Shown here: piece by piece, positions 28,072 to 37,229 of the stretch
Layout: every line of letters starts with the position of its first letter
Numbering within the stretch: the first letter of the stretch is position 1
Position numbers and translations under genes: made by a program
Notes under the pieces: generated by a model
Told to the model about the DNA's origin: nothing
What the model saw: the letters and a program-made list of their open reading frames with translations, nothing else
The model's database searches: none
NCBI GenBank assembly: GCA_027067775.1
Contig: JAMOVK010000032.1
Location: 1 to 54,875, forward strand
DNA: 54,875 nucleotides
Reading direction: 5' to 3'
From: Deltaproteobacteria bacterium
GTDB taxonomy: Bacteria > Desulfobacterota > Dissulfuribacteria > Dissulfuribacterales > QOAL01

Positions 28072-29139
28072 ATGTCCCGTTACGAAATTACATGGATCAC
28101 TCCTAACCTGGCCGTGGGATACGCCCCTATGTCCTACGAGGATTTAGAGACCATTAAAAAGGCGGGTATTACTGCCATAGTCAATCTTTGCGGTGAATAT
28201 TGTGATCTGCATGAGATAGAAGAAAAGGCAGGGTTTGATGTCTATTATCTGCCCATTCCAGATGAACATGCTCCTGATATGGAAGCCATGGAAAAGGCCC
28301 TTGACTGGCTAGATGAGGCAATCTTTCTTGGAAAAAAGGTCTTGGTTCACTGTAAGCATGGCATTGGAAGGACAGGTACCTTTGTCACTGCTTATCTTAT
28401 AAGAAAAGGGTTGGGCTATAAAAAAGCCAGTGAAATGCTTAAAGGGACGAGGGCGGGCTCTAGCTCCTGGAGTCAGTGGAGACTTCTAAAGCAGTACGAT
28501 AAACAGGAAAAACCTCTTAGTATCCGTGAGCCAAATCTAGAAAACAGGGAAAGTGTAGACCTTTCGGTCTACTTCTCTAAATATGAAGAGATACTAGAGG
28601 TGGTAGATTCAATGGTGCCAAAAGACGCCTCGGTTTGTGGCAAGGATAACATTGACTGTTGTCACCAATACTTTGAGTTGTCTTTTCTGGAAAGTCTTTA
28701 TATCCATTCCTGGATAAATAGGGTGCTGAAGCTCGACGAACGTCATAAACTTGTGGAAAAGGCCAACCAACAATTTAAAAAGGAAAAGGAGCTTAAAACG
28801 GCCTTTACTATCGGTAACAACTTTGAAACTAACCAGGAATTTCAAAATGCTTATAAAGACCAAGGACTGGAATGTTCCCTTTTGATAAAGGATAAATGCA
28901 TTATTTTTCCAAAGAGACCGGTTAGGTGCAGAACCTTTGGTATGGATATTGACAGGGATAAACTGTCATCCATTGAAAATCTAATTATCGAGATCTCAAG
29001 AATGCTTTTTTTTGCTTTGTCTGGAAAGTTCCTTCAAGAGAATAGATTGAGGTTTTCAATGGCCGAGGTGGTTTCGGGACGTTTCATGGAGAGTTATTTC
29101 AGATATGCTGCGACTAAATCTGGCGATCTTCCTATATAA
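28072..29139 (+). CDS. Dual-specificity (Cys-based) phosphatase fused to a YkgJ-like cysteine-cluster domain
   Basis: P-loop VHCKHGIGRTG with an upstream PIPD acid loop; C-terminal CGKDNIDCC…CSLLIKDKCIIFPKRPVRCRTFG. Confidence 0.85.
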   Translation: MSRYEITWITPNLAVGYAPMSYEDLETIKKAGITAIVNLCGEYCDLHEIEEKAGFDVYYLPIPDEHAPDMEAMEKALDWLDEAIFLGKKVLVHCKHGIGRTGTFVTAYLIRKGLGYKKASEMLKGTRAGSSSWSQWRLLKQYDKQEKPLSIREPNLENRESVDLSVYFSKYEEILEVVDSMVPKDASVCGKDNIDCCHQYFELSFLESLYIHSWINRVLKLDERHKLVEKANQQFKKEKELKTAFTIGNNFETNQEFQNAYKDQGLECSLLIKDKCIIFPKRPVRCRTFGMDIDRDKLSSIENLIIEISRMLFFALSGKFLQENRLRFSMAEVVSGRFMESYFRYAATKSGDLPI

Positions 29140-29352
29140 ATAAGATTCTGATACGGGTTTGTTTTTATCTGTCTTCCAATCGGAAGTCGGGAAATAAATT
29201 TTTTTGAATTTTTAGCTTGGTACTATATTCTTCAACAAGCTTCAGAAAAGGGGAATTCCCCATTTCACAGTTACAGCCTTATGGCATATTGACCTATCAT
29301 AAGGCGGGAATTATTGTCCTGTGGTGGAAAAAACTCATAAGGATGGCAAGAC

Positions 29353-30051
29353 ATGAAAAAAGGTACGATCTTAACCATATCGTTTTTATTTTTTGCATGT
29401 GTTAGTGGACTTGCAGGCTACATAGTGTATATGCACCAAGACATTTTTCCTCTGGACAACAAAGATTGGCAGGGCTGGGCCATGGTTGCCGGTCCAATGG
29501 TGGCCTGGCTCCTGTTTGCCCTTGTTGTTTCTGCATTACCATCTGAAAAGGGCCTGGTCCAAGAGGATCTTGAAGACAGAGAAGACCAGGAAAAGACCTT
29601 GCATGAACCCCCTGAAGATGTCCTTTCTTCTCACAAGGATGAAGAGAAAGAGATTGAGGAACTGTATCCCAAAGAGGTGGCAGTAGTTCAACTTCTTGGC
29701 CTTCTTCAAAGGGAAGGGCGTCTTATTGATTTTCTTCAAGAAGACATTGAGCCTTACGATGATGCCCAAATCGGTGCTGCTGTTAGAGAGGTGCATAGAG
29801 GTTGCCGGGCAGCCCTTATGGACACACTGGAACTCAAACCGGTGCTTGAGACAGGCGAAGGCAGTGAGGTGGAGATAGAAGAGGATTTTGATCCTTCAAA
29901 GATCCGTCTTATTGGCAACCTGCACGGTAATCCTCCCTACAAAGGAATCATAAGGCATGGCGGTTGGAGATTTACCAAGCTTAATCTTCCCAAATGGACT
30001 GGCAAGGAAAAGACCGATGTTATAGCACCTGCTGAGGTGGAAATACAGTAA
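29353..30051 (+). CDS. DUF2760 domain membrane protein
   Basis: Two N-terminal TMs, acidic linker, then QLLGLLQREGRLIDFLQEDI…DAQIGAAVREVHRGC…IAPAEVEI. Confidence 0.85.
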   Translation: MKKGTILTISFLFFACVSGLAGYIVYMHQDIFPLDNKDWQGWAMVAGPMVAWLLFALVVSALPSEKGLVQEDLEDREDQEKTLHEPPEDVLSSHKDEEKEIEELYPKEVAVVQLLGLLQREGRLIDFLQEDIEPYDDAQIGAAVREVHRGCRAALMDTLELKPVLETGEGSEVEIEEDFDPSKIRLIGNLHGNPPYKGIIRHGGWRFTKLNLPKWTGKEKTDVIAPAEVEIQ

Positions 30052-30088
30052 CAGCAGTAACATAGGATATTGTTTGTAAAAACCAGAT

Positions 30089-31903
30089 ATGAATAAGGAA
30101 CGAGAATCGCGTTTTGTAGTAGGAATCGATCTTGGAACCACCAATAGTGTGCTTTCGTTTATAGACCTGGAAAAAGATGAAAATGATCAGGACCAGATTG
30201 AGATTTTTGATGTCCCCCAGATAGAATCTCCTGGAGAGATTAGAGAGTACAGGCTTCTCCCTTCATTTATCTACTTGCCAACTGACAAGGAAAAGGAAGG
30301 CGGTGGGCTGGTCATGCCCTGGGACCCTTTTGGCGAGCGGGTTGTTGGAAAGTGGGCAAGAAAGAGGGGGGCTGAGGTCCCTGGCAGGCTGATTGCCTCT
30401 GCCAAGAGCTGGCTTTGTCATACCGGCGTTGACAGAACAGCGGCCATTCTTCCGTTAGATGCGGCAGAAGATGTCCAGAAACTGTCGCCAATCGTTGCCA
30501 CGGCAACCTTTTTACGCCATTTTAAGGCCGCCTGGAACCACAGGTTTGCTAAGGAGCCCGGGCTAAATCTTGAAGACCAACAGGTGTATGTGACTATACC
30601 AGCCTCATTCGATGCAGTTGCCCGAGACTTAACCGTTCAGGCAGCAGCCTCTGCGGGCCTTTCCAATATTACCCTTCTTGAGGAGCCCCAGGCGGCCTTT
30701 TATGCCTGGCTCCACAACATGGGACAGGACTGGAAAAAGCATGTTGAGCCAGGAGACATCATCCTTGTGGTAGACGTTGGTGGAGGTACCTCTGATTTTA
30801 GCCTTATTCAGGTCAGCAGCAAAGACAACGTGTTAATCCTTGAAAGGCTGGCAGTTGGAGAGCATCTCCTCCTCGGCGGGGATAACATGGATCTTACGCT
30901 TACCCATGTCCTGTTTGAACAGCTTAAAGAAAAAGGCCATAAACTGGATCAAGGACAATTCCAAAGCCTGTGGAACAACGTAAGGCTTGCAAAGGAAAAA
31001 CTTTTTGCCGACGGTTCACTGGATGAGGTACCAGTTGTGATACCAGGGCGCGGCTCTGGCCTTGTTGGTGGAACCATTAGAACCAGCCTTACAAGGGAAC
31101 TTGTAACAAAGGTAATCTTAGAGGGTTTCTTTCCTGAATGCCAGGTAACTGACATGCCTCATGAAAGAAAGAGACTAGGCCTGAGAGAGCTTGGTTTGCC
31201 CTACTGTTCCGATACTGGGATAACCCGTCATCTTGCCAAGTTTTTAACAGCCCAGGGTCAGGCACTGGAAATGAATGGTCCGGTTATACCTACTGCTGTG
31301 CTTTTTAATGGTGGAGTGTTCAAGGCCGAGGTGCTAAGGCAAAGGGTTATGTCCGTACTTACTGAGTGGGCTGGACAAGATAAAGAACCCAGGGAGCTTA
31401 TGGGTACGGATCTTGATCTTGCCGTTTCAAGGGGTGCTGCTCACTTTGGCCTTGTACAGCTTGGAGAAGGCATAAAAATACGGGGAGGAACCGGAAGATC
31501 CTATTATATAGCAGTGGAATCTACCGGACTTGCCATACCGGGAATGCCTCCTGTAATTAAAGCACTTTGTGTAGTTCCCAAGGGTCTGGAAGAAGGAACC
31601 GTAGTAGATATCCCGGAACAGGAGTTTGGCCTGGTTGTAGGTCAGGAAGTGGAGTTCCAATTTATGGGTTCCAGTATAAGGCCTGGAGATAAACCGGGAG
31701 ATCTTGTTTCTTCATGGCAAGATGATGAGATAGAACCTGTCAGCACATTGCGTACCAGGCTCGAGGCTCCAGGCGTTGAGCCAGGCACGGTTATACCAGT
31801 GACCCTACAGGCAGAGGTGACAGAAATAGGCACCCTGTCTCTTTCCCTTGTTTCAAAGGAAAGAGGGTTAAAATTTGATCTGGAGTTTGATGTAAGACAT
31901 TGA
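30089..31903 (+). CDS. Atypical Hsp70-family ATPase (DnaK-related)
   Basis: GIDLGTTNS, TIPASF, EEPQAA, DVGGGTSD, GGDNMD, AVSRGAA; lacks the canonical DnaK linker and lid. Confidence 0.9.
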   Translation: MNKERESRFVVGIDLGTTNSVLSFIDLEKDENDQDQIEIFDVPQIESPGEIREYRLLPSFIYLPTDKEKEGGGLVMPWDPFGERVVGKWARKRGAEVPGRLIASAKSWLCHTGVDRTAAILPLDAAEDVQKLSPIVATATFLRHFKAAWNHRFAKEPGLNLEDQQVYVTIPASFDAVARDLTVQAAASAGLSNITLLEEPQAAFYAWLHNMGQDWKKHVEPGDIILVVDVGGGTSDFSLIQVSSKDNVLILERLAVGEHLLLGGDNMDLTLTHVLFEQLKEKGHKLDQGQFQSLWNNVRLAKEKLFADGSLDEVPVVIPGRGSGLVGGTIRTSLTRELVTKVILEGFFPECQVTDMPHERKRLGLRELGLPYCSDTGITRHLAKFLTAQGQALEMNGPVIPTAVLFNGGVFKAEVLRQRVMSVLTEWAGQDKEPRELMGTDLDLAVSRGAAHFGLVQLGEGIKIRGGTGRSYYIAVESTGLAIPGMPPVIKALCVVPKGLEEGTVVDIPEQEFGLVVGQEVEFQFMGSSIRPGDKPGDLVSSWQDDEIEPVSTLRTRLEAPGVEPGTVIPVTLQAEVTEIGTLSLSLVSKERGLKFDLEFDVRH

Positions 31904-32778
31904 AAAAACCGGTGATACCCTTTGACCTTGCACAGAGGGTCATTAATCATGCAAAATGTTATATTGATAATCCTGGACTGATACTTAAAGAAAGACACAG
32001 GGCCATACCATTACTGCTAAAGGCCCTGAAGGCAGGAGATATTAGCCTTAGAAAACAGATTATCCTGCTGCTTGGAAGCGTAGCAAAGGAGGAAATTTAC
32101 TGGCCTCTTTACGAGATAATGAAGGATGAGAAAGAACCTGATGAACTCAGGGATCAGGCAGCAATCCATCTGGCCGTGATAGGCCCTTTTCTTGACGATC
32201 CACAGGCCCTGATACGCAAACTCATGAATGACATCTCTAGCCCTGATCGTGAAGTAAGAACCAGGGCCATAGTGGCTCTTGGATGGGAGGGTAATCTTTC
32301 TGCAGTGCTTCCACTTATAGAATGTATCTATCAGCCTGATCAAGAAATCCAGGAAGTTGCGGTAAACGCATTGTGCAATCTTAAAGACAGCAGGCTTATA
32401 GGGCTTCTCGCCGACCGGCTAAAGACCTGTTCTTTTGATCAGAAACGTGCGATTCTTTTTAATCTGTGGCGTTTTAAAGACAAGGAAGACGAAGTTGCAG
32501 CCATATATAAAAAGGAATTGGAAACAGGGGATCCGGCTCTCAAGCTGGATGTACTTATTCTTCTTGGACAACTTGATGTTCGGCCTGAAAATGAACAGGT
32601 GTACAGAGAATTGTTAAGGGATAGGAGTGCCAAAATCCGTGCCCTGGCCCTTGAACGTCTTGGGGAGCTGAATGTGCTTAGCCAGGAAGAAATCCTGGTC
32701 TTTTTGGATGATAACTCCATGGATGTCAAACGTGCTGCACTCGTTCTTCTTCAAAAGATAAGGGAGCAGTCATCCTGA
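31900..32778 (+). CDS. HEAT-repeat protein
   Basis: Repeated D..VR..A..ALG units (DREVRTRAIVALG, SAKIRALALERLG, SMDVKRAAL); TTGA overlap with the Hsp70 gene. Confidence 0.8.
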   Translation: MKKPVIPFDLAQRVINHAKCYIDNPGLILKERHRAIPLLLKALKAGDISLRKQIILLLGSVAKEEIYWPLYEIMKDEKEPDELRDQAAIHLAVIGPFLDDPQALIRKLMNDISSPDREVRTRAIVALGWEGNLSAVLPLIECIYQPDQEIQEVAVNALCNLKDSRLIGLLADRLKTCSFDQKRAILFNLWRFKDKEDEVAAIYKKELETGDPALKLDVLILLGQLDVRPENEQVYRELLRDRSAKIRALALERLGELNVLSQEEILVFLDDNSMDVKRAALVLLQKIREQSS

Positions 32779-32824
32779 AAAGGCACTACGCAAAAACGAG
32801 TACAGGTACGAAAGGGCTTAAAAA

Positions 32825-33463
32825 GTGAAAAAGTCTGTTGTTATTGTCTACTATTCTTTCAGTACACAGACGGCCAAGCTTGTTCACAGGCTGAGAAAAG
32901 GGTTCAGGCAAAGCGGGTTTCAGGTTGAAACCCTCAAGATTGTGCCTTGCAAAAAGCTTTCTTTTCCTCTGCACAGCGTTCCAAAGACCATCCTTATGAT
33001 GCTTACCACCTTTTTGAGAAAAAGGGTTAAAATAAGGCCTGTTGACAAGGCCCTTATCAAGTCCTCCGATCTTGTGGTACTTGCCGGACCAACATGGTCA
33101 TACAATCCAAGTGGCCCAATCCTTGATTTTCTTGACAGATACTCTCACCTTTTAAAGGATAAATATGTCTTGCCTGTGATCTCGTGCCGAAAATACTGGC
33201 GGACCCATTTCAACTACTTGAGAAAAAAGATCGACTCTGCTGGTGGCAGATGCATGAATCCCCTGGTGTTTACCCATAAGGTAAAGGAACCTTGGAGTAC
33301 CATTGGAACCTTTATGACTATCGCCGGGATCAGTCCCCGCTCCTTCAGGTTCATGCGTAAACATTACCCTCGTTATGGCCACAACCATGCACAGCTTGAA
33401 GAGATGGAAAAGAAAGCCAAGGAGCTGGCCAACTCGATAAAAAGAAAGTCAGAGCCAACCTGA
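32825..33463 (+). CDS. Flavodoxin-like protein
   Basis: VIVYYSFSTQT FMN-loop variant and DLVVLAGPTWSYNPSGPI. Confidence 0.7.
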   Translation: MKKSVVIVYYSFSTQTAKLVHRLRKGFRQSGFQVETLKIVPCKKLSFPLHSVPKTILMMLTTFLRKRVKIRPVDKALIKSSDLVVLAGPTWSYNPSGPILDFLDRYSHLLKDKYVLPVISCRKYWRTHFNYLRKKIDSAGGRCMNPLVFTHKVKEPWSTIGTFMTIAGISPRSFRFMRKHYPRYGHNHAQLEEMEKKAKELANSIKRKSEPT

Positions 33464-33465
33464 TT

Positions 33466-34236
33466 CTATTTCTCCAGTTTGGTTATCTCAGCATCCTCAA
33501 TAAGTACCGGATAAAAGTAACCAGCTCCTATGTCTTTGTCTTTGTGTAGTATTCCTTTAATCAAGACCTTATCTCCAACTGAGGGGGATGCCTTCGTGGT
33601 AACGGTAATATCGAAATTTTTTTCTTTTTCAGTACCTGTTCCGTCCTGACAATGAACCCAATTTTTGCCAAGGATGTTCTTGGAAATTTTAACCACCACT
33701 GCCTTTAAAACCACCTGTTTTCCATCAAGTTCTTTGGCCTTTTGGTAGGCCATCTGTACAGTAATGGCGCCAGGACCAGAAGCAGGAGTTATCTTTACAT
33801 CCTTCTTTTCAACCCTGGATGTACCAGAATGGGCCTGAGCCGCCATATCAGACCTGTTTGATGCCTTGGCTTCCATGGGTGGTGATACTGCTCCCTGGGA
33901 AAAGATGATGGTTTCAAAGGTTCGGTTTAGGCTCTTGCTGTGAAAATTTTTCATAACCTGTCCAGGATATAGCATGACCTCATCTCCCACCTTTACCTTC
34001 ATGGGAGGCACAGCCACCCAGCTTTTTCTGCCATCGAACTCAAGGAGAATATATGTGTACCCCCCTCCATCCATGGTCTCTTTTACAGTGCCGTAAAGAT
34101 AGCCGGCCTGCTTGGCCCGACTGGCTGCATCAGATTTCTTTGTCGATTTTTCTGCTTTTTTCTCTTCACTGCCCTGGCAAGCTGTCAGCAAAAGGGCTAA
34201 AAACAAAGTCAACGGTATTAGATATCTTTTCAGCAT
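33466..34236 (-). CDS. Lipoprotein with two OB-fold-like domains (NrfJ-related)
   Basis: Lipobox LTAC; GTVKETMDGGGYTY…WVAVP…FHSKSLNRTF and NILGKNWVHCQDG…KDIGAGYFYPVLIEDA. Start at ATG 34236 with GGAG RBS. Confidence 0.7.
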   Translation of the reverse strand: MLKRYLIPLTLFLALLLTACQGSEEKKAEKSTKKSDAASRAKQAGYLYGTVKETMDGGGYTYILLEFDGRKSWVAVPPMKVKVGDEVMLYPGQVMKNFHSKSLNRTFETIIFSQGAVSPPMEAKASNRSDMAAQAHSGTSRVEKKDVKITPASGPGAITVQMAYQKAKELDGKQVVLKAVVVKISKNILGKNWVHCQDGTGTEKEKNFDITVTTKASPSVGDKVLIKGILHKDKDIGAGYFYPVLIEDAEITKLEK

Positions 34237-34278
34237 AATTTTCTCCATTTCCGCAAGTAGTCTGATTCTCAAAGTTTT

Positions 34279-34545
34279 TTACTTCAGATAAACAAACGTT
34301 GCTCCCCAGTGGCCAGAGTCATGCCCTGCCATCTTATAGGATTTGACAATATCTAGTCTCTTCAAGATAGAGTGCACAGACCTTCTAAGGGTACCAGTCC
34401 CTTTCCCATGCACTATTCTGACCTCCTTTATACCAGCTTCCCTGCATAGCTTCAAATATTCAGGTATTAAAGAACCTATATCCTTTGGATTGAAGGTATG
34501 GAGGTCGAGTTCTCCATTTATGTTAATTTTTACAACCGGCTCCAC
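34279..34545 (-). CDS. Stand-alone Smr (MutS2-related) domain protein
   Basis: ELDLH, RIVHGKGTGTLR and WGATFVYL motifs. Confidence 0.9.
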   Translation of the reverse strand: MEPVVKININGELDLHTFNPKDIGSLIPEYLKLCREAGIKEVRIVHGKGTGTLRRSVHSILKRLDIVKSYKMAGHDSGHWGATFVYLK

Positions 34546-34674
34546 TTGTTCACTGTTTATTCAAGGGGAAAAGAGACTGGTTTTTCTTCTTTTAATCCCC
34601 ATCTGCTGTTAATATTGAATTTCTATATTTTCTGCAACATCTCAGAAAATTGAAACCTTTTCAAGGAGTTCGAA

Positions 34675-35007
34675 ATGCAACAGTATATTGTAGATGAACT
34701 TAGAGGAAACGAGATCGAAAGAATAATAGCATACCTGAAAAGGAGCTGTGAAAAAAGTGCACTTGACAATCTATTCTGGCTAGAGCTTCCAGACGATATT
34801 TTAACACCCTTGCAATATGAGCACAGGGACTGCCGCCCTTTTTGTATAGGGATAGAGGTTGCTGAAGACAAGGTGATTTTTGAAATGCTTGTTCGTAGCC
34901 GGCAAAAATTGAGGTGCAGCTGCATTTCCTATGCGTCCAACCAACAGAGACAGTTTATCCTAAATTTTGCAGATACCCTTTTAAAGGAAAGCGATATAAA
35001 GGCATAG
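34675..35007 (+). CDS. Hypothetical protein
   Basis: AAGGAG RBS, 110 aa with Cys/His motifs (EHRDCRPF, LRCSCISYA), followed closely by the next gene. Confidence 0.7.
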   Translation: MQQYIVDELRGNEIERIIAYLKRSCEKSALDNLFWLELPDDILTPLQYEHRDCRPFCIGIEVAEDKVIFEMLVRSRQKLRCSCISYASNQQRQFILNFADTLLKESDIKA

Positions 35008-35015
35008 GAGGAGTT

Positions 35016-36125
35016 ATGGACGGTTTCCAGCTTAACATAGACTGTGAAGGGCCACTTACTCAGAATGATAACGCCTTTGAACTGTGCCAGGAGTTTATTC
35101 CATCAGGAGGGGCCTTTTTTTCAATAGTGTCCAAGTACGATGATTTTCTGGCTGACGTTATCCACAAACCTGGATACAAGGCAGGGGACACCTTAAAGCT
35201 TGTCCTGCCTTTTTTAAAGGCATTTGATGTAACCCATGAAATGATGGAAGAGTTTTCAGAAAGGACGCTGCTTCTTCTGCCTGGGACAGAGACAATGTTG
35301 CCTAGGTTAAATGAGCTTCTTCCAAGTTTTATAATCAGCACCAGTTACAAGCCTTACATAGAAGCCCTGTGTAATTTGACATCCTTTCCGATGGAAAACT
35401 GTTACTGTACAGTTGTCAACCTGGACAAATATTTCATAGAAGATCAAGAAAAACAGCAGCTAAGGAAACTGGCCAAGGAAATTGCCCAAATGGAGATGCT
35501 GCAATGGGACGATGATGCAAAGGGTGTGAAAGATCTTGACAAAGTACACCGGAAGACTGTTGAAAGACTGGATGAGATCTTCTGGAAGATTATTCCCTCT
35601 ATGGGTATTGGAAGGATACTGGATGAAGTAAATCCCATTGGCGGAGTAGAAAAGGCAAGGGCGGTGGAAGACAGTGTTAAGAGAACGGGACTCAAGCTTG
35701 ACAGGGTTATCTATGCTGGAGACAGCATAACTGACTGTCAGGCCCTGGATCTTGTAAAGGGTGCTGGAGGAGTAGCAATATCCTTTAACGGAAACCGTTA
35801 TGCAATAAGGAGTGCGGACTATGCCATTGTTTCGTCAAATACCTGTATAATTTATGGCATGTGCAATCTTGTTTTAAACAGAGGAAAGGAGATACTAAAA
35901 GAGTTTCCTGTTGATAAAAAAGGAAAAATTGATCTCAAAAAGTTGCTCGAAGAGTTAAGTAACATATCTTTAGAACAGGAAATTCTTAATCAGATAACCA
36001 GTGCAGTAAAAAAGGACGAACTGGAGATTTATCAAATATCCAAGACCGATGTGGATAAACTCGTCTGTCTTAGCGAGAGGGTACGCAAAGAGGTGCGCGG
36101 TCACAAGGTAGGAGAATTGGGATAG
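35016..36125 (+). CDS. HAD-superfamily protein, EhaR/COG4030-like
   Basis: GGAGGAG RBS before ATG 35016; motif I variant DCEGP, IISTSY, GGVEKA, YAGDSITD, SFNGNRYA. Confidence 0.75.
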   Translation: MDGFQLNIDCEGPLTQNDNAFELCQEFIPSGGAFFSIVSKYDDFLADVIHKPGYKAGDTLKLVLPFLKAFDVTHEMMEEFSERTLLLLPGTETMLPRLNELLPSFIISTSYKPYIEALCNLTSFPMENCYCTVVNLDKYFIEDQEKQQLRKLAKEIAQMEMLQWDDDAKGVKDLDKVHRKTVERLDEIFWKIIPSMGIGRILDEVNPIGGVEKARAVEDSVKRTGLKLDRVIYAGDSITDCQALDLVKGAGGVAISFNGNRYAIRSADYAIVSSNTCIIYGMCNLVLNRGKEILKEFPVDKKGKIDLKKLLEELSNISLEQEILNQITSAVKKDELEIYQISKTDVDKLVCLSERVRKEVRGHKVGELG

Positions 36126-36138
36126 GCCTGGAGGTTTT

Positions 36139-37227
36139 CTACTCTAAAAGGGAGGCAATCTCTTCAACGAGCCTTTTATTGTCCATGTGAAGACGCGGGC
36201 TTATCCTTATGTATTCTCCTTGAAGCCCTTTGAAATTGTTGCAATTTCTTATAAGTATACCTTTTCTTTTAAGGGCCTCTGTCAACTCTTGTGCACTGAG
36301 TCCACCCTTGAGACTGAAGAGTGCGTAATGACATCTGCCTTCTACATAATAGAAACCATCCATGCGTGAAAGGGCCTCTACTATAAATTCCTTTTCATCT
36401 TGACAAATCTGTCTGACATCTTTTTCAAATTCTGGATGTTTCAAAAGGAATTCCAGGGCAAGTTGGGCCATTCGGTTGACAGCCCATGGTCTCATTTGAC
36501 GGGCAAGGCGCCTGCCTGGAATGCCTGTATTTACCATGCAACCTACCCTAAGACCTGGAATGCCGTATATCTTGGAAAAGGAACGAAGTATCACAACATT
36601 TTCAGGGCATCTGAGAGATAAAAGGGAAGAAAAGCTGTCTTCATCAACAAAAGGGGCATAGGATTCATCAACAATCCATGTGGTGGAGTCGGGTTTTCTA
36701 TTTATCACCTCAAGAAGCCTTTCTGGTTTTATAAAAAGCCCGGTAGGATTGTTTGGATTGCAAATAAAAACAAGACTTCTGGTAAGCTTATCGTCATCAA
36801 GATGGTCTACAGACTCTAATAGCCTATTCTCCATCTCTTTGCTACCATTTGGAAAGGAGCCAAGAGAACATACTTCTATTCCTTCTGAAAGGGAGGCATC
36901 TTCATAATCTGCATATGTTGGATAGGCTATGTAGACCCTCTTGGGTTTAAGTATGCGGGGAAGACCAAAGATCCACTGGGTGGTGCCACTTCCTATTAGG
37001 AAGTCATTCCTGTCAAGGGAATACCTTGTGGCGAGTAACTGCCTGATGGTAGCGCAGTCAACCTCAGGCAACAGATGCATTTGGTCTATGTTATCGCACA
37101 GATACTCTTTGAATCCTTGGGGGTAGGGGAGGGGGCTACAGTTTGAGCTGAAATCAAGGACCTCTTCGGGCCTTATGCCCAGCTGCCTTGCTATTGTGTA
37201 GACGTCTCCCCCGTGACCAAAAAGCAT
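36139..37227 (-). CDS. cobD: Threonine-phosphate decarboxylase (class I/II PLP enzyme)
   Basis: HGGDVY…LDFSSN, CNPNNPTG, VDES, RSFSKIYGIPGLRVG, ILIRNCNNFKGL. Confidence 0.8.
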   Translation of the reverse strand: MLFGHGGDVYTIARQLGIRPEEVLDFSSNCSPLPYPQGFKEYLCDNIDQMHLLPEVDCATIRQLLATRYSLDRNDFLIGSGTTQWIFGLPRILKPKRVYIAYPTYADYEDASLSEGIEVCSLGSFPNGSKEMENRLLESVDHLDDDKLTRSLVFICNPNNPTGLFIKPERLLEVINRKPDSTTWIVDESYAPFVDEDSFSSLLSLRCPENVVILRSFSKIYGIPGLRVGCMVNTGIPGRRLARQMRPWAVNRMAQLALEFLLKHPEFEKDVRQICQDEKEFIVEALSRMDGFYYVEGRCHYALFSLKGGLSAQELTEALKRKGILIRNCNNFKGLQGEYIRISPRLHMDNKRLVEEIASLLE

Positions 37228-37229
37228 AT

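Noticed and set aside
29217-29405. 62-aa ORF upstream of DUF2760
   Set aside because: TTG start without RBS, overlaps the DUF2760 start out of frame, no recognisable features.
30089-31903. Housekeeping dnaK
   Set aside because: No canonical linker, substrate-binding domain or lid, and no grpE/dnaJ context.
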